A DNA stretch of 64,000 nt, from the NCBI RefSeq assembly GCF_964194155.1, contig NC_135879.1:68262001-68326000 (forward strand), in the 5' to 3' direction. This DNA is from Cetorhinus maximus. Lineage: Eukaryota. A model generated the notes under the pieces. It saw nothing but the letters and a program-made list of their open reading frames with translations. It did not search any database and was not told the DNA's origin. Shown piece after piece: positions 50,001 to 62,915 of this stretch (position 1 is its first letter; the number at the start of each line of letters is the position of its first letter). Made by a program: the position numbers and the translations under genes.

Positions 50001-52379
50001 CACAAATTACTGCCAGTTGGGAGTATACAAGATATGCTTAGTCTTATCAGCAAGTAGCTGCTATGCCTAATACTCTTTATGAAAACTCTTAAGCACATGC
50101 AGTACATGTCACTCCTATAAGGTGATGTTTTCATTTTTAAAATGTCACACAACTGGCACTATTTCACAGCTAAAATATTATTATTGATGGTCCAAGAATC
50201 ACAAATGCTTTATCGAAAGATTTAATTAGTTGCTTTTCTTCAATAACTGAAATGCCCAAAATTTAAACCAAAATAAATTACATCGCACAGTAACAATAAC
50301 ATTTTCCATTATATTCACTTTTCTTTCTTTAATTCCTTCTAAGTTTTACATGAAGTCCTCTGCCAGTCTTAAAAGCCTGGGCTTCAACTGAATATTGTTA
50401 CCTACAACAGAGTTTTCAATGTTCATTCTGAGCATGTGCAGTTTGTAGAATTTTCCAAACTACAAATTTTGCATTTAACAGAGTTGAAAGATTTGAGAGC
50501 TTACACTTTTCCAAAGGACTCTGAAAACCATTTGAATTTTTATTTCATAAGTCATAACCTTTTGCAATTGTGAAGCATGAATACATAGATGTTGGAAGCC
50601 CGATGGTATGGAAGGGTCCGACAGCCGTTCAGGTCTCCATTTTCACATGGGTATGAGAGCCTGCTCAACTGGATATCATCAGATTGTAGTAACATTAATG
50701 CTCTTCACCCTGCCTCTAGCATTTGACCTCAAGAACACCCTCCATAATGCTGATGGGCAAAAGACAAAAATATCCTAATATCCTACATTTTGAAACTTCA
50801 AAACACAACAGTAAGAGATAGCAAAAGTAAAGCATATTCAGGTTATTTACCCTTCTATTCGGTAATCTGTTTTAATTGTGGAAAAAAATTCAACGTAATA
50901 TGTCACTGCGATTGAAGATAAAATCCAGAATAGAGAGTGCATATTAAATCGAGGAAGTGGGGGCTTTTCCTTCTTTTTTTCCTCATCTTCGAAATCTGTT
51001 TATAAATAAAGGATACTGTTAAAACTGATAGGTTAGCAATTACTTTCATATTGTACAGAAGACATGTGAGCAACTTAAAGACAGCAAAGCCTGATGAAGT
51101 CTTATGCAACTTCCACGTTCTGGAGACAGACCTTCCGACTGCCGAATGGAACTAATACAAATTGTATGAAGAATGAAATCATGAAATACAAATCAGGGGG
51201 AGAGGGGAGGGACGGGGGGAGGGGGAGAGGGGAGGGACGGGGGGAGGGGGAGAGGGGAGGGACGGGGGGAGGGGGAGAGGGGAGGGACGGGGGGGAGGGG
51301 GAGAGGGGAGGGACGGGGGGGAGGGGGAGAGGGGAGGGACGGGGGGGAGGGGGAGAGGGGAGGGACGGGGGGGGAGAGGGGAGGGACGGGGGGGAGAGGG
51401 GAGGGACGGGGGGGGAGAGGGGAGGGACGGGGGGGGAGAGGGGAGGGACGGGGGGGGGAGAGGGGAGGGACGGGGGGGGGGGGAGGGGAGGGACGGGGGG
51501 GGGAGAGGGGAGGGACGGGGGGGGGAGAGGGGAGGGACGGGGGGGGAGAGGGGAGGGACGGGGGGGAGAGGGGAGGGACGGGGGGGGGGGAGAGGGGAGG
51601 GACGGGGGGGGGGGAGAGGGGAGGGACGGGGGGGGGGGAGAGGGGAGGGACGGGGGGGGGAGAGGGGAGGGACGGGGGGGGAGAGGGGAGGGACGGGGGG
51701 GGAGAGGGGAGGGACGGGGGGGGGAGAGGGGAGGGACGGGGGGGGGAGAGGGGAGGGACGGGGGGGGGGAGAGGGGAGGGACGGGGGGGGGAGAGGGGAG
51801 GGACGGGGGGGGAGAGGGGAGGGACGGGGAGGGGAGGGACGGGGAGGGGGGGGAGGTACGGGGGAGGGACGGGGAGGGGGGGGAGGGACGGGGAGGGGGG
51901 GGGGAGGGACGGGGAGGGGGGGGGAGGGACGGGGAGGGACGGGGAGGGACGGGAGGGACGGGGAGGGGGGGGGAGGGACGGGGAGGGGGGGGGAGGGACG
52001 GGGAGGGGGGGGGGAGGGACGGGGAGGGGGGGGGAGGGACGGGGAGGGGGGGGGAGGGACGGGGAGGGGGGGGGGAGGGACGGGGAGGGGGGGGGGAGGG
52101 ACGGGGAGGGGGGGAGGGGATGCAGGGGCAGGCGAGGGAGGTGGAGGGGAGGGACGGGCGGACGGATCATGGGGATGGGGCGGGTAAGGAAGGAGGGATG
52201 GGGGAAGGGTTTTGAGCTCTGGAGTTTCCCGCCCCCCACTCACTCGGCTCCAGTAAAAAATGCAGCAATTTCCTCTCACCTCCTGCCTCAGGCCGCGCAA
52301 ATTCCCTGGGAACTGCAGCAGGTGCCTCCGCTCGGAACTGATTCCGGAAGCGGAGCAGTGACTCCGGGTCCGCCGCCAT
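47000..52379 (-). CDS. TMEM128: Transmembrane protein 128; join of exons 52280-52379, 50851-50995, 49615-49776, 47000-47099 (507 nt, 168 aa)
   Basis: All introns GT-AG with consistent phases (1,2,2). Peptides [37 protein letters not shown] and [33 protein letters not shown]. Confidence 0.93.
49615..49776 (-). CDS. TMEM128: TMEM128 coding exon 3
   Basis: [27 protein letters not shown]...; donor TG|gtaggt. Confidence 0.92.
50851..50995 (-). CDS. TMEM128: TMEM128 coding exon 2
   Basis: [38 protein letters not shown]; donor GG|gtaaat. Confidence 0.92.
51195..52140. repeat. G-rich minisatellite, ~20-nt unit G(n)AGAGGGGAGGGAC changing to GGGGAG(n)AGGGAC
   Basis: Direct reading; about 950 nt, almost purely purine on the + strand. 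Confidence 0.95.
52280..52379 (-). CDS. TMEM128: TMEM128 coding exon 1
   Basis: Strong Kozak context AAGATGG; [15 protein letters not shown]...; donor GAG|gtgaga; lies in a CpG island. Confidence 0.85.
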
Positions 52380-52440
52380 CTTGTTTCAGGCACTGTGACG
52401 TCATGACGTAAACAACTCGACATCACAAGAGGCGGGGCCA
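52340..52440 (-). promoter_or_regulatory. TMEM128 housekeeping-type promoter motifs
   Basis: ETS TTCCGGAAG at about 52342-52350, YY1-like GCCGCCATCTT at 52372-52382, CRE TGACGTCA at 52396-52403 with adjacent TGACGTAA, GC box GGCGGGGC at about 52431. Confidence 0.65.
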
Positions 52441-52504
52441 GCGATAGCGTAATAGCCCCGTCCACCCCGGGGAGTACTCCCCGCCCACTGCACCCCGGGT
52501 CGAT

Positions 52505-53068
52505 CCCGCCGGGGTATAAATCACTGCAGCCCAGTTTATCCAAGCTATAATGCACTGAAGCGCAGCCCAACCACGGTATAAATCAGTGCAGCCCTGTCTA
52601 CCTGGGGCCCGTTACTGCGTTTCAGTCTACACAGGGTGTAAATCACTGTAGCCCTGTCCACCCCAGATATAATTCACTACAGCCTTTCTGGGGTATTATT
52701 TACAGGTATGCCCATCCCCATCCCCCCCTCCCTAAAGATGTAAATCAGTGCAGTCCAGTCTGCTTGGGGTACAAGTCACTGCAGTCCTGTCTACCCACGG
52801 TACAATTTACTGCAGCACAGTCTAGTTTGGTATAACTCATTGCAGCCCAGTCTACCCCAGGGTATAACTCGCCAAGTAGACTAGGCTGCAGGGTATAAAT
52901 CACCACAGCCCAGTCGAGTTTGGGTATTTCTCACCACAGCCCAGCACACCTTGGATCATAACTCGCTGTAGCCCAGCCTACCCTGGGTATAATTCACAGC
53001 AGCGCAATCCACCTGGCGTATAACTCATTGTTGCCCCGTCTACCCAGAATATAACTGCAGCACAGTCA
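52505..53068 (+). repeat. Degenerate ~31-nt tandem array (consensus GGGTATAAATCACTGCAGCCCAGTCTACCCC)
   Basis: About 16 recognisable units by eye. Confidence 0.85.
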
Positions 53069-53069
53069 A

Positions 53070-53765
53070 ATATCAAAGTAAAATACTGCAAATGCTGGAA
53101 ATCTGAAACAAAAACAGAAAATTTTGGAAAAACTCAGCAGATCTAACAGCATCTGTGGAGGAAAAAAAGTTAATGTTTCGAGTCCTTATGGCTCTTCCTC
53201 AAATATAAAGAGAAGTAAAAATGTAATGAAATTTATACTGTTTAAGGTTGCGGTGGGGGGGGGGGGGGGGCGCGGGGGAGGTGCAGATGAAGTTGGATAG
53301 AAGGCCAGTGATAAGACAAAGGAGAGATTGCCAAGGATGTCATGGACAAAAGGACAAAGGGCTGTTGATGATAGTGATACTGGCTAAAGGAGGTGCTGAT
53401 GGTAGCATTAAGGTCAGAGAGCAGAATGTGATAATAGCCAGACAAGGGTAAGTACTCTGGAAAGAACAACTTGAACAAGTGACAGATGGCCCTTGTGGGG
53501 ATGGGATGGGGTGGGGACAGTGGTGGGGAAAAAGATTGAAAATAGGATAAAAAGGTAGGGATAAAACAATAAATAAAATGAAAATAAATAAAGATAAAAA
53601 TAAGTGGATAAAAAAATGAAATAATAAAAATTAAATGAAAATTAATATTGAAAAAGGGGGTGAGGACAGAGGAGAGAGTTCGTGATCTGAAGTTGTTGAA
53701 CTCAATGTTAAGTCCAGAAGGCTGTAAATTGCCTAATCGGAAGATGAGGTGCTGTTCCTGGAGGA
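53070..53765 (-). mobile_element. Penelope-like element 3' part
   Basis: ORF 53242-53775 begins EQHLIFRLGNLQPSGLNIEFNNFR; tail shared with the other copies. Confidence 0.85.
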
Positions 53766-55869
53766 ACATGGACATGCCACCCCCACCATCTCACTTCATT
53801 TTACGCCCCTCTCTGCCACCCAGCATGCTCTCCAGAACCTCAAAATCCAGGCCCACAACTGCAATCTGGACGCTGGACAACGTATGACCAACATTGTGGG
53901 GAATTGGCAGGATTTCTAATAACCTCTCTTTAGTTGAAATTAGCAAAAAAAAGGCTACTACTAATACAAATAAATATTATGATATCATGTCACTATATTT
54001 ATGGTTATTCTTCTTTGAGCATTATTTTCCTTTTGAGTTATCAAATTGTTCTATCAATATGTTGCGAACCTCAAGCAATCTGAGACGCAAAGAGCCACTA
54101 TTTAGAAAATAACCCCCCATTTCCTACCCATGCAATTCCATATCACATCGGTGTGTGTAATTCGTTATAGTCAAATGCCTAGGTTCATTTTCTTAGAGAA
54201 AAAAAGAGTCAGTTTAAGTGAAATGCGAGATAGATAATCTCCACCAAAATTGGGATTGCTGCAACATGCACCTGGATTATAGTTACGGCTAATTTATAAA
54301 GCCCTGCACTTGATATGGTCAGCTAACATCAACTCTTTGTGGTAAATCGTTAACCATGACTAATACAAAAGCCTTACTGAAAACTTCAATTATGTTTCTG
54401 AGTGGTTGATATATGTGTTTACGTACACTAAAACAAAAAGGAACCGAACTGGAGATGTAATAAGTAAACTAACTTTATATCAGTGTTTTCAACAAAATAA
54501 AGGTGATGGAAGTCTGAAAAGTAATTGCAAAAGAAAACACGGTATAAATTGAGCAATAACACCAGAATTTCCCATTTCAAATCAGTTACAACAAATCTTA
54601 ATTGGCTTTCTCAATATTTTATTTATTTTCTTTTTATTTCAATCTCTTCAATCAGGGTTTGGGTGCCCAACCTATTTTTTTTAGCTGCCTTCACATTTTC
54701 ACTCCTGTTCAGCATCCATCATTTCCCACTTCCCTGTAAACTGCTTTGAGATATATTTCTGTGCATCAATGTGCTGAATACAAGTAGTCTATTTAGAATA
54801 TTCTTGCCTCAATAATAAATGTTAAATTCATTTTTGTTAAATGAATTGCAAAAGTGATTAAGCTGAAGAATTTCAGTGAGTTGAATTAATTTACACTTCT
54901 GCACTTACAAAACTACCAAAGCACCATAAACTATATTTGGGTAGGACTGCTTTTGGTTCAGTAATCTTTCCAAGCCAGGTCTGCTGGTAATGTTATCAGC
55001 ACTCACTGTTGAAACAAAAGTAAACAGCAAACACAAATGATCACTAAAATTAATCAGAGTGCTATCCAACTATCTGATTTTTAAATGGGTTATTGGTCAT
55101 CCATTCCTAAAATATATCAAAAGTCTTATGATTCCTGCACTTCCTGTCCGTGCCATTTGGCTTCCTGTTAAGCCTCAATGTGTCATTTTTTCATTATAAA
55201 TTCCAATGTTCACATAAGTAATGTAAAATGTTTCCGTCAGCCCTTTTGTTCACAGCACGAAACTTATAGCGCCCAAATGATGGTATTGCTAAAATAAAAA
55301 CATATTTCATAATAACATTTATCCATTGAATTGTCTTTTCTTTGAATGCTGAAATCAGTGACACTGAGCTGAATCTGGATTGTGCAGCCTTACATGCAGT
55401 GTTTTAAATTTTGTATGATGTATCAGTATTTTTGATCATTCTTCAGCTTCTAGCAGTTTATGGTGAAAACCTCTTGTCAAAAGTTCATAGAGCATTTTTT
55501 TCATAAGAGAGGCTTGAGATCAATTTTAACTCTGGTTATCCAGCAGGAATGAAGTGGTAGCTATCTGAAGATGACTGGGATACAAATGCCATCATCATTT
55601 TCCTGAGGGTCTACATATAAGTGGCCCAGGCATTTGCCTATTTCAGGCAGGAGCTTTACTCTTATATGTAATTCAGGATTCTATAATCTACATATTTTTC
55701 CCCCAAAGCTGTGATGCTCTGCAGAGTCTAATCATATGCAGTGTATCTAATTTTCCAGATACATAATCACTGTAAACTGTACTGAAGGATATTTTATTTA
55801 TCCTCCAGTAGTTTCAGCTAAGATAAAGAGAGGGCAATGACCTTGTTATGATGATAGACTTTTGTTTTC

Positions 55870-58800
55870 TGAGCGGTGAGGCGCTCAGCGCACCCCAGCT
55901 CCGGGAAGCCAGGAGCAGCAACGCCCCAGAGGGGGAGAGGATTGGAGAAGCTTCTCCAACAAAGGTCATTTCAAACCCCGTTCTCTGCTCGGTCCCCCAG
56001 ATGCCACCCGAACAGAACACTGCCAATGGGGAGTTTCAGGAAAATTTCCTCAGCCCCTCCAAAGTGAAGCAATTTGAGCTCACTACGGATATGAAGGAGC
56101 AGACTGAAGGTCTGGGACTCTCAGAGACAACAGGTTTGGTAAGAGAATAAACGCTTTAAAATGGATTTAAAGATTGTATCCATAAATGTGCGTAGCATTA
56201 AATCAACTACGCAATGTGTTGCGACCTTGGACTACCTTTCCAAGGTCAAAGCCGACCTGTTGTTTCTGCAGGAGTGTGCAATACCGCACCTCAGCTCCTA
56301 CAGGCAATGGTCACGATGGTGGTCCCATGGTCCATCGATCTGGTCGGGCAGAAACGACTCTCGTTCCTCCGGCCTGGGTATTCTGCTGCGGGGAGGCAAC
56401 TTCACCGTCTCCGAGGTTAAGGAGGTGGTGGGCGGGCGCCTCCTCGTAGCAGACATAATGTACAAGAATGCTCCACTCCGGTTAATTAACGTGTATGCCC
56501 CGTCACAAGGGGCCGAGCGGCTGCAGGTTTTTCAGCAGCTCCCACTGCTGCTGGCGACCTCCAGGCTGGTCATTCTGGGCGGTGACTTCAACTGCATCAT
56601 CGATGCGGCTGGACGATCCAGCAGGGCCGACAGCAGATTGGACGCTATGTCCAGATCCCTGATGGAAACAGTTAAGGATGCCAAGCTGCACGACGTCTTC
56701 AGCAACCCTGCAGACGGAGCGCAGCGGAGATACACCTGGTCGCGGCCAGACAGGTCCATCCGTTCCAGGATAGACTTCCTGTTTGTGTTCCGTGCGTTCG
56801 CAGTCAGATCCACGGACGTCAAGCCGGTGTTTTTCTCTGACCACTGCCTCCTACTGGCTGACTGTCACTTAGAGAAGGATCAGAGGGTGGGCAGGGGGGC
56901 ATGGAAGCTAAACGTGCAACTGCTGACCCCAGAGAACATTGAGGAGCTCAAGAGGGATTACAAAGGTTGGAGAACCGTGAAACCCCTCTTTGAGTCCCTG
57001 ACACACTGGTGGGAAGCGATCAAGGGAAACATCAAGAGGTTTTTCATCCTCAAAGGCACCCAGAAAGCTAGAAAGGAACAGAGGGAAATGTCTCGACTCT
57101 AGAAAAACTTGCAGAATCTGCTCTGGCTGCAGTCGATGGGGGTCGATGTCAAGGAGGAACTCCAAGAGGTGAAGAGCCAGCAAGCCTCGTTCTTTGCCTT
57201 GGAGGCCTCCAAGATCATCTTCCGTTCCAGAGTCCGCTCCGTGGAGCAGGATGAGACGTGCTCACGTTTCTTCTTCCAAAAGGTACACAGAGAGAGCTCT
57301 GTGATCAGCAGCCTGAAGGAAGAAGACGGCTCAGTAAAGTCATCACGGTCCGACATTTTGAGGATCAGCAAATCCTTTTATGCCGGATTGTATGACTTGA
57401 AGCCCACAGACAGCACAGCCTCCCAGTCCTTCCTGTCCTCTATCACGGAGGTCTTAGACGACAGTACACGGGAGAGCCTGGACAAACCGCTAACTCCTGA
57501 TGAACTAAGGCCCTTGAGTCCTTCGAGAAGAGTAAAACTCCCGGAAGCGACGTCTTGCCGGCGGAGTTGTATTCGGCTCTGCGGGACTTGATCGGCTTAG
57601 ACCTGCTAGAAGTGTACGAGAGTATGCTCCTGGCCGGCAGCATGTCAGAATCCATGAGGAAAGGCATCATCACCCTCATCTACAAGTGGAAGGGGTAAAG
57701 GGAGGAAATTAGAAATTGGCGACCCATTTCACTGTTGAATGTGGACTATAAGATTCTGTCCAAGGTCATTGCCAATCGGTGATCCACCCTGACCAGACCT
57801 GCGCTGTGCCGAGCAGGAAGATCTCGGACAGCCTCACGCTGCTCAGGGATATGATTGCCTATGTGCAGGACAGGGGTATGGATACCTGCCTCATCAGCCT
57901 GGATCAGGAGAAGGCCTTTGACAGAATATCGCACACCTACATGGTGGATGTGCTCTCCAAAATGGGGTTTGGGGAGGGAATTCGCAATTGGATCCAACCG
58001 CTCTACACTAACATCAGTAGCGCAGTTTCAGTCAATGGGTGGGAATCAGATAGCTTTCTGATTAAATCTGGAGTCAGGCAGGGCTGTCCTCTTTCGCATG
58101 TTCTTTTCGTGTGTCGCATAGAACCCTTTGCTGAGTCCATCAGGGAGGATCCGGGCATAAGAGAAGTGACGATCCCGGGCAGTGGAGGCACTCAGGTCAA
58201 AGCCTCCCTGTACATGGACGATGTCGCCGTCTTCTGCTCGGATCCACTGTCGGTGCGCAGACTGATCCACATCTGCGACCAGTTCGCACTGGCTTCGGGA
58301 GCCAAGGTAAATCATGGGAAGAGCGAGGCCATGTTCGTTGGGAACTGGGCTGACCGATCCTTTGTCCCTTTCACTGTCAGGGCTGACGGCCTGAAGGTGT
58401 TGGGGATATGGTTTGGAGGGACCGGGGCATGCGTTAGAAACTGGAAGGAGCGAGGGTCTATGGTGAAAAGGAAACTGGGCATGTGGGAGCAACGCTCCCT
58501 CTCCATTGCGGGTAAGAACCTGGTCATCAGGTGTGAGGCACTCTTGCTGTTGCTGTACGTGGCGCAGGTCTGGCCCATTCCACACTCCTGCATGGTGGCG
58601 ATCTCCCGAGCCATCTTCCGCTTTATCTGGAGGTCGAAAATGGATCGTGTCCGCAGGGATGCGATGTACAAGCCTCTAGATAAAGTGGGAAAAAACGTGC
58701 CCAACATCACCCTCATACTGATGGCCACTTTTGTGTGTGGCTGCCTCAAGCGCTGTGTAGACCCTCAGTATGCAAACACCAAGTGTCACTACGTGCTGAG

Positions 58801-59776
58801 GTTCTACCTGTCCCCGGTGTTGCGAAGGATGGGTCTGGCCACGCTGCCGGAGAACGCTCCAATTAGTTGGACCGTGCCGTACCACCTGTCCCTCGTGGAA
58901 AAATTTATGCAGAGAAACACCTTTGACCACAAGTCTATCAGGCAGTGGTCGGCACGTAATATCTTAGAGGCCCCGAGGGAAAAGGAGAGGGTGGATCTGG
59001 TGGGATGGTTCCCTGAGCAGACTGTCAAAGTCATTTGGCAGAATGCCTCATCGCCAGAACTTTCCAACAAGCACCAAGACATAGCTTGGCTGGTGGTGAG
59101 AAAGGCCCTCCCCGTCAGATCCTTCCTACACGCCAGGAGTCTCACCCCCTCGGCACGTTGCCCTCGAGGTGGCTGTGGTGGGGAAGAGACCGTTGTTCAC
59201 CTCCTGGTGGATTGTACCTTTGCAAAGAAGGTCTGGAGAGAGATACAGTGGTTTCTGTCGAGGTTCACCCCGAGCAGTTCTGTGACACAGGACTCTGTGC
59301 TCTACGGGCTGTTCCCAGGGACACACACCGAGACAAATATCAACTGCAGCTGGAGGATCATCAACTCGGTGAAAGACGCTCTTTGGTCTGCCCGAAACTT
59401 GTTGGTCTTCCAGCGCAAAGAGTTGTCCCCGACCGAGTGTTGCAGACTGGCACATTCCAAAGTCCAGGACTACGTGCTGAGGGACGCACTAATGCTTGGG
59501 GCAGCCGCCGCAAAGGCGCAATGGGGAAGGGTCGCTGCCTAAGACCTTTCTGCCACAGTGCACCGAGAGGCTGGGAACTGTGTAGAGCCCCTCAGGCTGT
59601 ACAGCTCAAAATGAATGTCTGCAACTGATTGTAATATTCTTTTATTATATTGATGCATTTCGTGATACACGTTGTAAAAGTTGAACCTGATTGTATTTTT
59701 GTGATGGTGATTTTGAAATGGTTTGAAATGTTGTTGAAGATATTTTGTGAATAAAGTATATTTTTGCAAAAAAAAA
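55870..59776 (+). mobile_element. Tx1/L1-clade LINE, 5'-truncated in ORF1, with disrupted ORF2
   Basis: ORF1 end at 56150. ORF2 from 56161: APE (SINVR, LQE, GDFN, RIDF, SDH), RT (DQEKAFD, GVRQGCPLS, YMDD) and CCHC finger (CPRGGC...H...C). AATAAA at about 59750 then an A tail. Confidence 0.95.
56161..59542 (+). pseudogene. Tx1 ORF2 (endonuclease-reverse transcriptase), broken
   Basis: Stop at 57100-57102 and further frameshifts or stops around 57500-57780 split it into ORFs 56161-57102, 57109-57591 and 57779-59542. Confidence 0.9.
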
Positions 59777-60814
59777 GGTAGTAGTTAGGGTGTAGGGATA
59801 ATAGAAAGGTGTATGTGCAAGGACCATGATTGAAGGCAAGGTGCAAGGGAAATACAAATAATTAGCAGAAAGATTGGAAATGGAGTTGCTGAGGGCCACA
59901 ATATCCCCACAATCCTGAACATAAAATATGCTGAATGATATTAAACATTTTAATTGGATACACACCAGTATTTCATAATGAAGATCTACATTTGGACTAA
60001 TAATTACCGCATAATTGTTAAGTTTACATAGACATCGGTTTGAAAAGTTGACGTAATTGCACGTTCTAGTTAATTCTTACTCTACAGGTAGATATTTTAT
60101 CCCTAATAAATTACACTTTCACTTTGCAAAGTTTTTTAAGGTACTACATGTAGTGATACATTCCCGATCTGCTGAGTAGCCAGCTAATTTACAATACTCA
60201 TTAATTATATAATTCTTTACTGAAAAAAGCATGTTATATAGCATTGAATCCAATAATGTTACGCCTATCATTATAGTCCCACAAAACAAAACAAATTAAA
60301 CTTTCAATACTGTTTGTGAAAAAACAAATAAATTTGGCTTAGATAGTCCATCTTATTTTTGTTTTGAATATAAGATTTGCTGGATCTTCAGAAATAAATG
60401 CAGTAAAGAAAACAACTCATTCAAATTTTAGTTCAGTAGGTATGGCCGTAGACGTCATTCTAATTTTAACATTATGCCCTCTTGTTTTTGATTTTTCCAG
60501 CAGAGAAAATAGTTTCTTTGTATCTACCTTTGTGAATCCCTGTATTATTTTAAACACCTCAATCAGATTAACCTTCAATCATCTAAATTCAAGGGAATAC
60601 AAACCAGGGTTATGCAGCCTGCCCTAAGAATTTAACCCTTTAAGCCTTGGGATCATTGATAAACCTGTGCTTGGGTCCCTCCATGGCCAACATATCTTTC
60701 CTGAACAAACTATTAAAGATGCTGGAAATCTAAAATAGAAACTAAAAGGGTCTTTCAGCTGAGATATTAACTCCACTTCTCTCTCCACAGATGTGGCTAG
60801 ACCTGCTGAATATT

Positions 60815-62915
60815 TTTTTTCTATTCATTCACAGGATGTGAGCTTCGCTGGCTGGGCCTGCATTAATTGCCCATCCCTAGTTGCCCTTGAGAAGGTGGTG
60901 GTGAGCTGCCTTCTTGAACTGCTGCAATCCATATGATGTAGGTACACCTACAGTGCTGTTAGGGAGGGAGTTCCACAATTTTGACCCAGCGACAGTGAAG
61001 GAACGGCAATATATTTCCTAGTCAGGATGGTGAGTGACTTGGAGGGGAACCTCCAGGGGGTGGTGTTCCCATCTATCTGCTTCCCATATCTTTCTAGGTG
61101 GTAGAGGTCGCAGGTTTGGAAGGTGCTGTCTGAGGAGCCTTGGTGAATTTCTGCAGTGCATCTTGTAGATGGTACACACTGCTGCTACTGTGCGTCGGTG
61201 GTGGAGGGAGTGAATGTTTGTGGATGTGGTGCCAGTCAAGCGGGCTGCTTTGTCCTGGATGGTATCAAGCTTCTTCAGTGTTGTGGGAGCTGCACTCATC
61301 CAGGCAAGTGGGGAGTATTCCATCACACACCTGACTTGAGTCTTGTAGATGGTGGACAGGCTTTGGAGAGTCAGGAGGTGAGTTATTTGTCACATGATTC
61401 CTAGCTCTTGTAGCCACAATATTTATATGGCTAGTCCAGTTCAGTTTCTCGTCAATGGTAACCGCCAGGATGTTGATAGTGGGGGCCTCAGTGATGGTAA
61501 CGCCATTGAACATGAAGGGGCAATGGTTGGATTCTCTCTTGTTGGAGATGGTCATTGTCTGATACTTGCCTGGTGTAAATGTTACATGCCACTTGTCAGC
61601 CCAAGCCTTGATATTGTCCAGGTCTTGCTGCATTTGGACACGGACTGCTTCAGTATCTGAGGAGGCGTGAATGGTGCTGAACATTGTGCAATCATCAGCG
61701 AACATTCCCAGTTCTGACCTTATGATGGAAGGAAGGTCATTGATGAAGCAGCTGAAGGTGGTTGGGCCTAGGATGCTACCCTGAGGAACTCCTGCAACGA
61801 TGTCCTGGAGCTGAGATGACTGACCTCCAACAACTACAACCATCTTCATTTGTGCTAGGTATGACTCCAGCCAGCGGAGAGTTTTCCCCGATTCCCATTG
61901 ACTCCAGTTTTATTCGGGCTCCTTGATGTCACACTCTGTCAAATGCTGCCTTGATGTCAAGGGCAGTCACTCTCACCTCACCTCGGGAGTTCAGCTCGTG
62001 TCCACGTTTCAACCAAGGCTGTAATGAGGTCAGGAGCTGAGTGGTCCTGGTGGAACCCAAGCTGGGCATCAGTGAGCAGGTTATTGCTGAGCAAGTGCCG
62101 CTTGATAGCACTGTTGATGTCCCATTCCATTACTGATGATCGAGAGTAGACTGATGGGGCAGTAATTGGCCGGGTTGGATTTGTCCTGCTTTTTGTGTAC
62201 AGGACACACCTGGACAATTTTCCACATAGCCAGTTAGATGCTGGTGTTGTAGCTGTACTGGAACAGGTTGGCTAGGGACACAGTAAGTTCTGGAGCACAA
62301 GTCTTCATTACTATTGCTGGAATGTTGTCAGGTCCCGTAGCCTTTGTGGTATCCAGCTGTTCCTTGTTATCACATGGAATGAACCGAATTGGCTGAAGAC
62401 TAGCATCTGTGATGCTGGGGATCTCCAGAGGAGGCCGAGATGGATCATCCACTTGGCCCTTCTGGCTGAAGATTGTTACGAATGCTTCAGCCTTATCTTT
62501 TGCACTGCTGTGCTGGGCTCCTCCATCATTGAAGATGGGGGCATTTGTGGAGCCTCCTCCTCCAGTGAGTTGTTTAATCATCTGCCACCATTCACGACTG
62601 AACGTGGCAGGACTGCAGAGCTTAGATCGGATCCATTGGTTGTGCGATTGCTTAGCTCTGTCTATCACTTGCTGCTAATGCTGTTTTGCTCACAAGTACT
62701 CCTCTGTTATAACTTCACCAGGTTGACACCTCATTTTTAGGTATGCCCTCCTGCACTCTTCATTGAACTTGGGTTGATCCCCAGGCTTGATTATAATGGT
62801 AGAGTGGGGATTATGCCGGGCATGAGGTTACAGATTGTGTTCAAGCTGTGTTCGTCATTCTGCTGCTGCTGATGTCCCACAGCGCCTCAAGGATGCCCAA
62901 TCTTGAGTTGCTAGA
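60815..62915 (-). mobile_element. CR1/L2-group LINE, 5'-truncated
   Basis: KATGPDNIP, ALDIKAAFDRV, GVPQGSILGP, MFADDC, MEYSPLAWMSAAPTT; inserted into a Penelope tail (about 60715-60815). Confidence 0.9.

Noticed and set aside
51094-52570. Long Gly/Arg-rich and Pro-rich ORFs (373, 463, 348 aa)
   Set aside because: These are translations of the G-rich minisatellite, which cannot contain stops; they lie in TMEM128 intron 1.
52505-53068. CRISPR-like appearance of the 31-nt array
   Set aside because: Units are contiguous and degenerate with no unique spacers, there are no cas genes, and the DNA is vertebrate.
60344-60440. Possible plus-strand exon or ORF 60364-60627
   Set aside because: Weak acceptor and no recognisable protein; the ORF runs into an antisense CR1 fragment.
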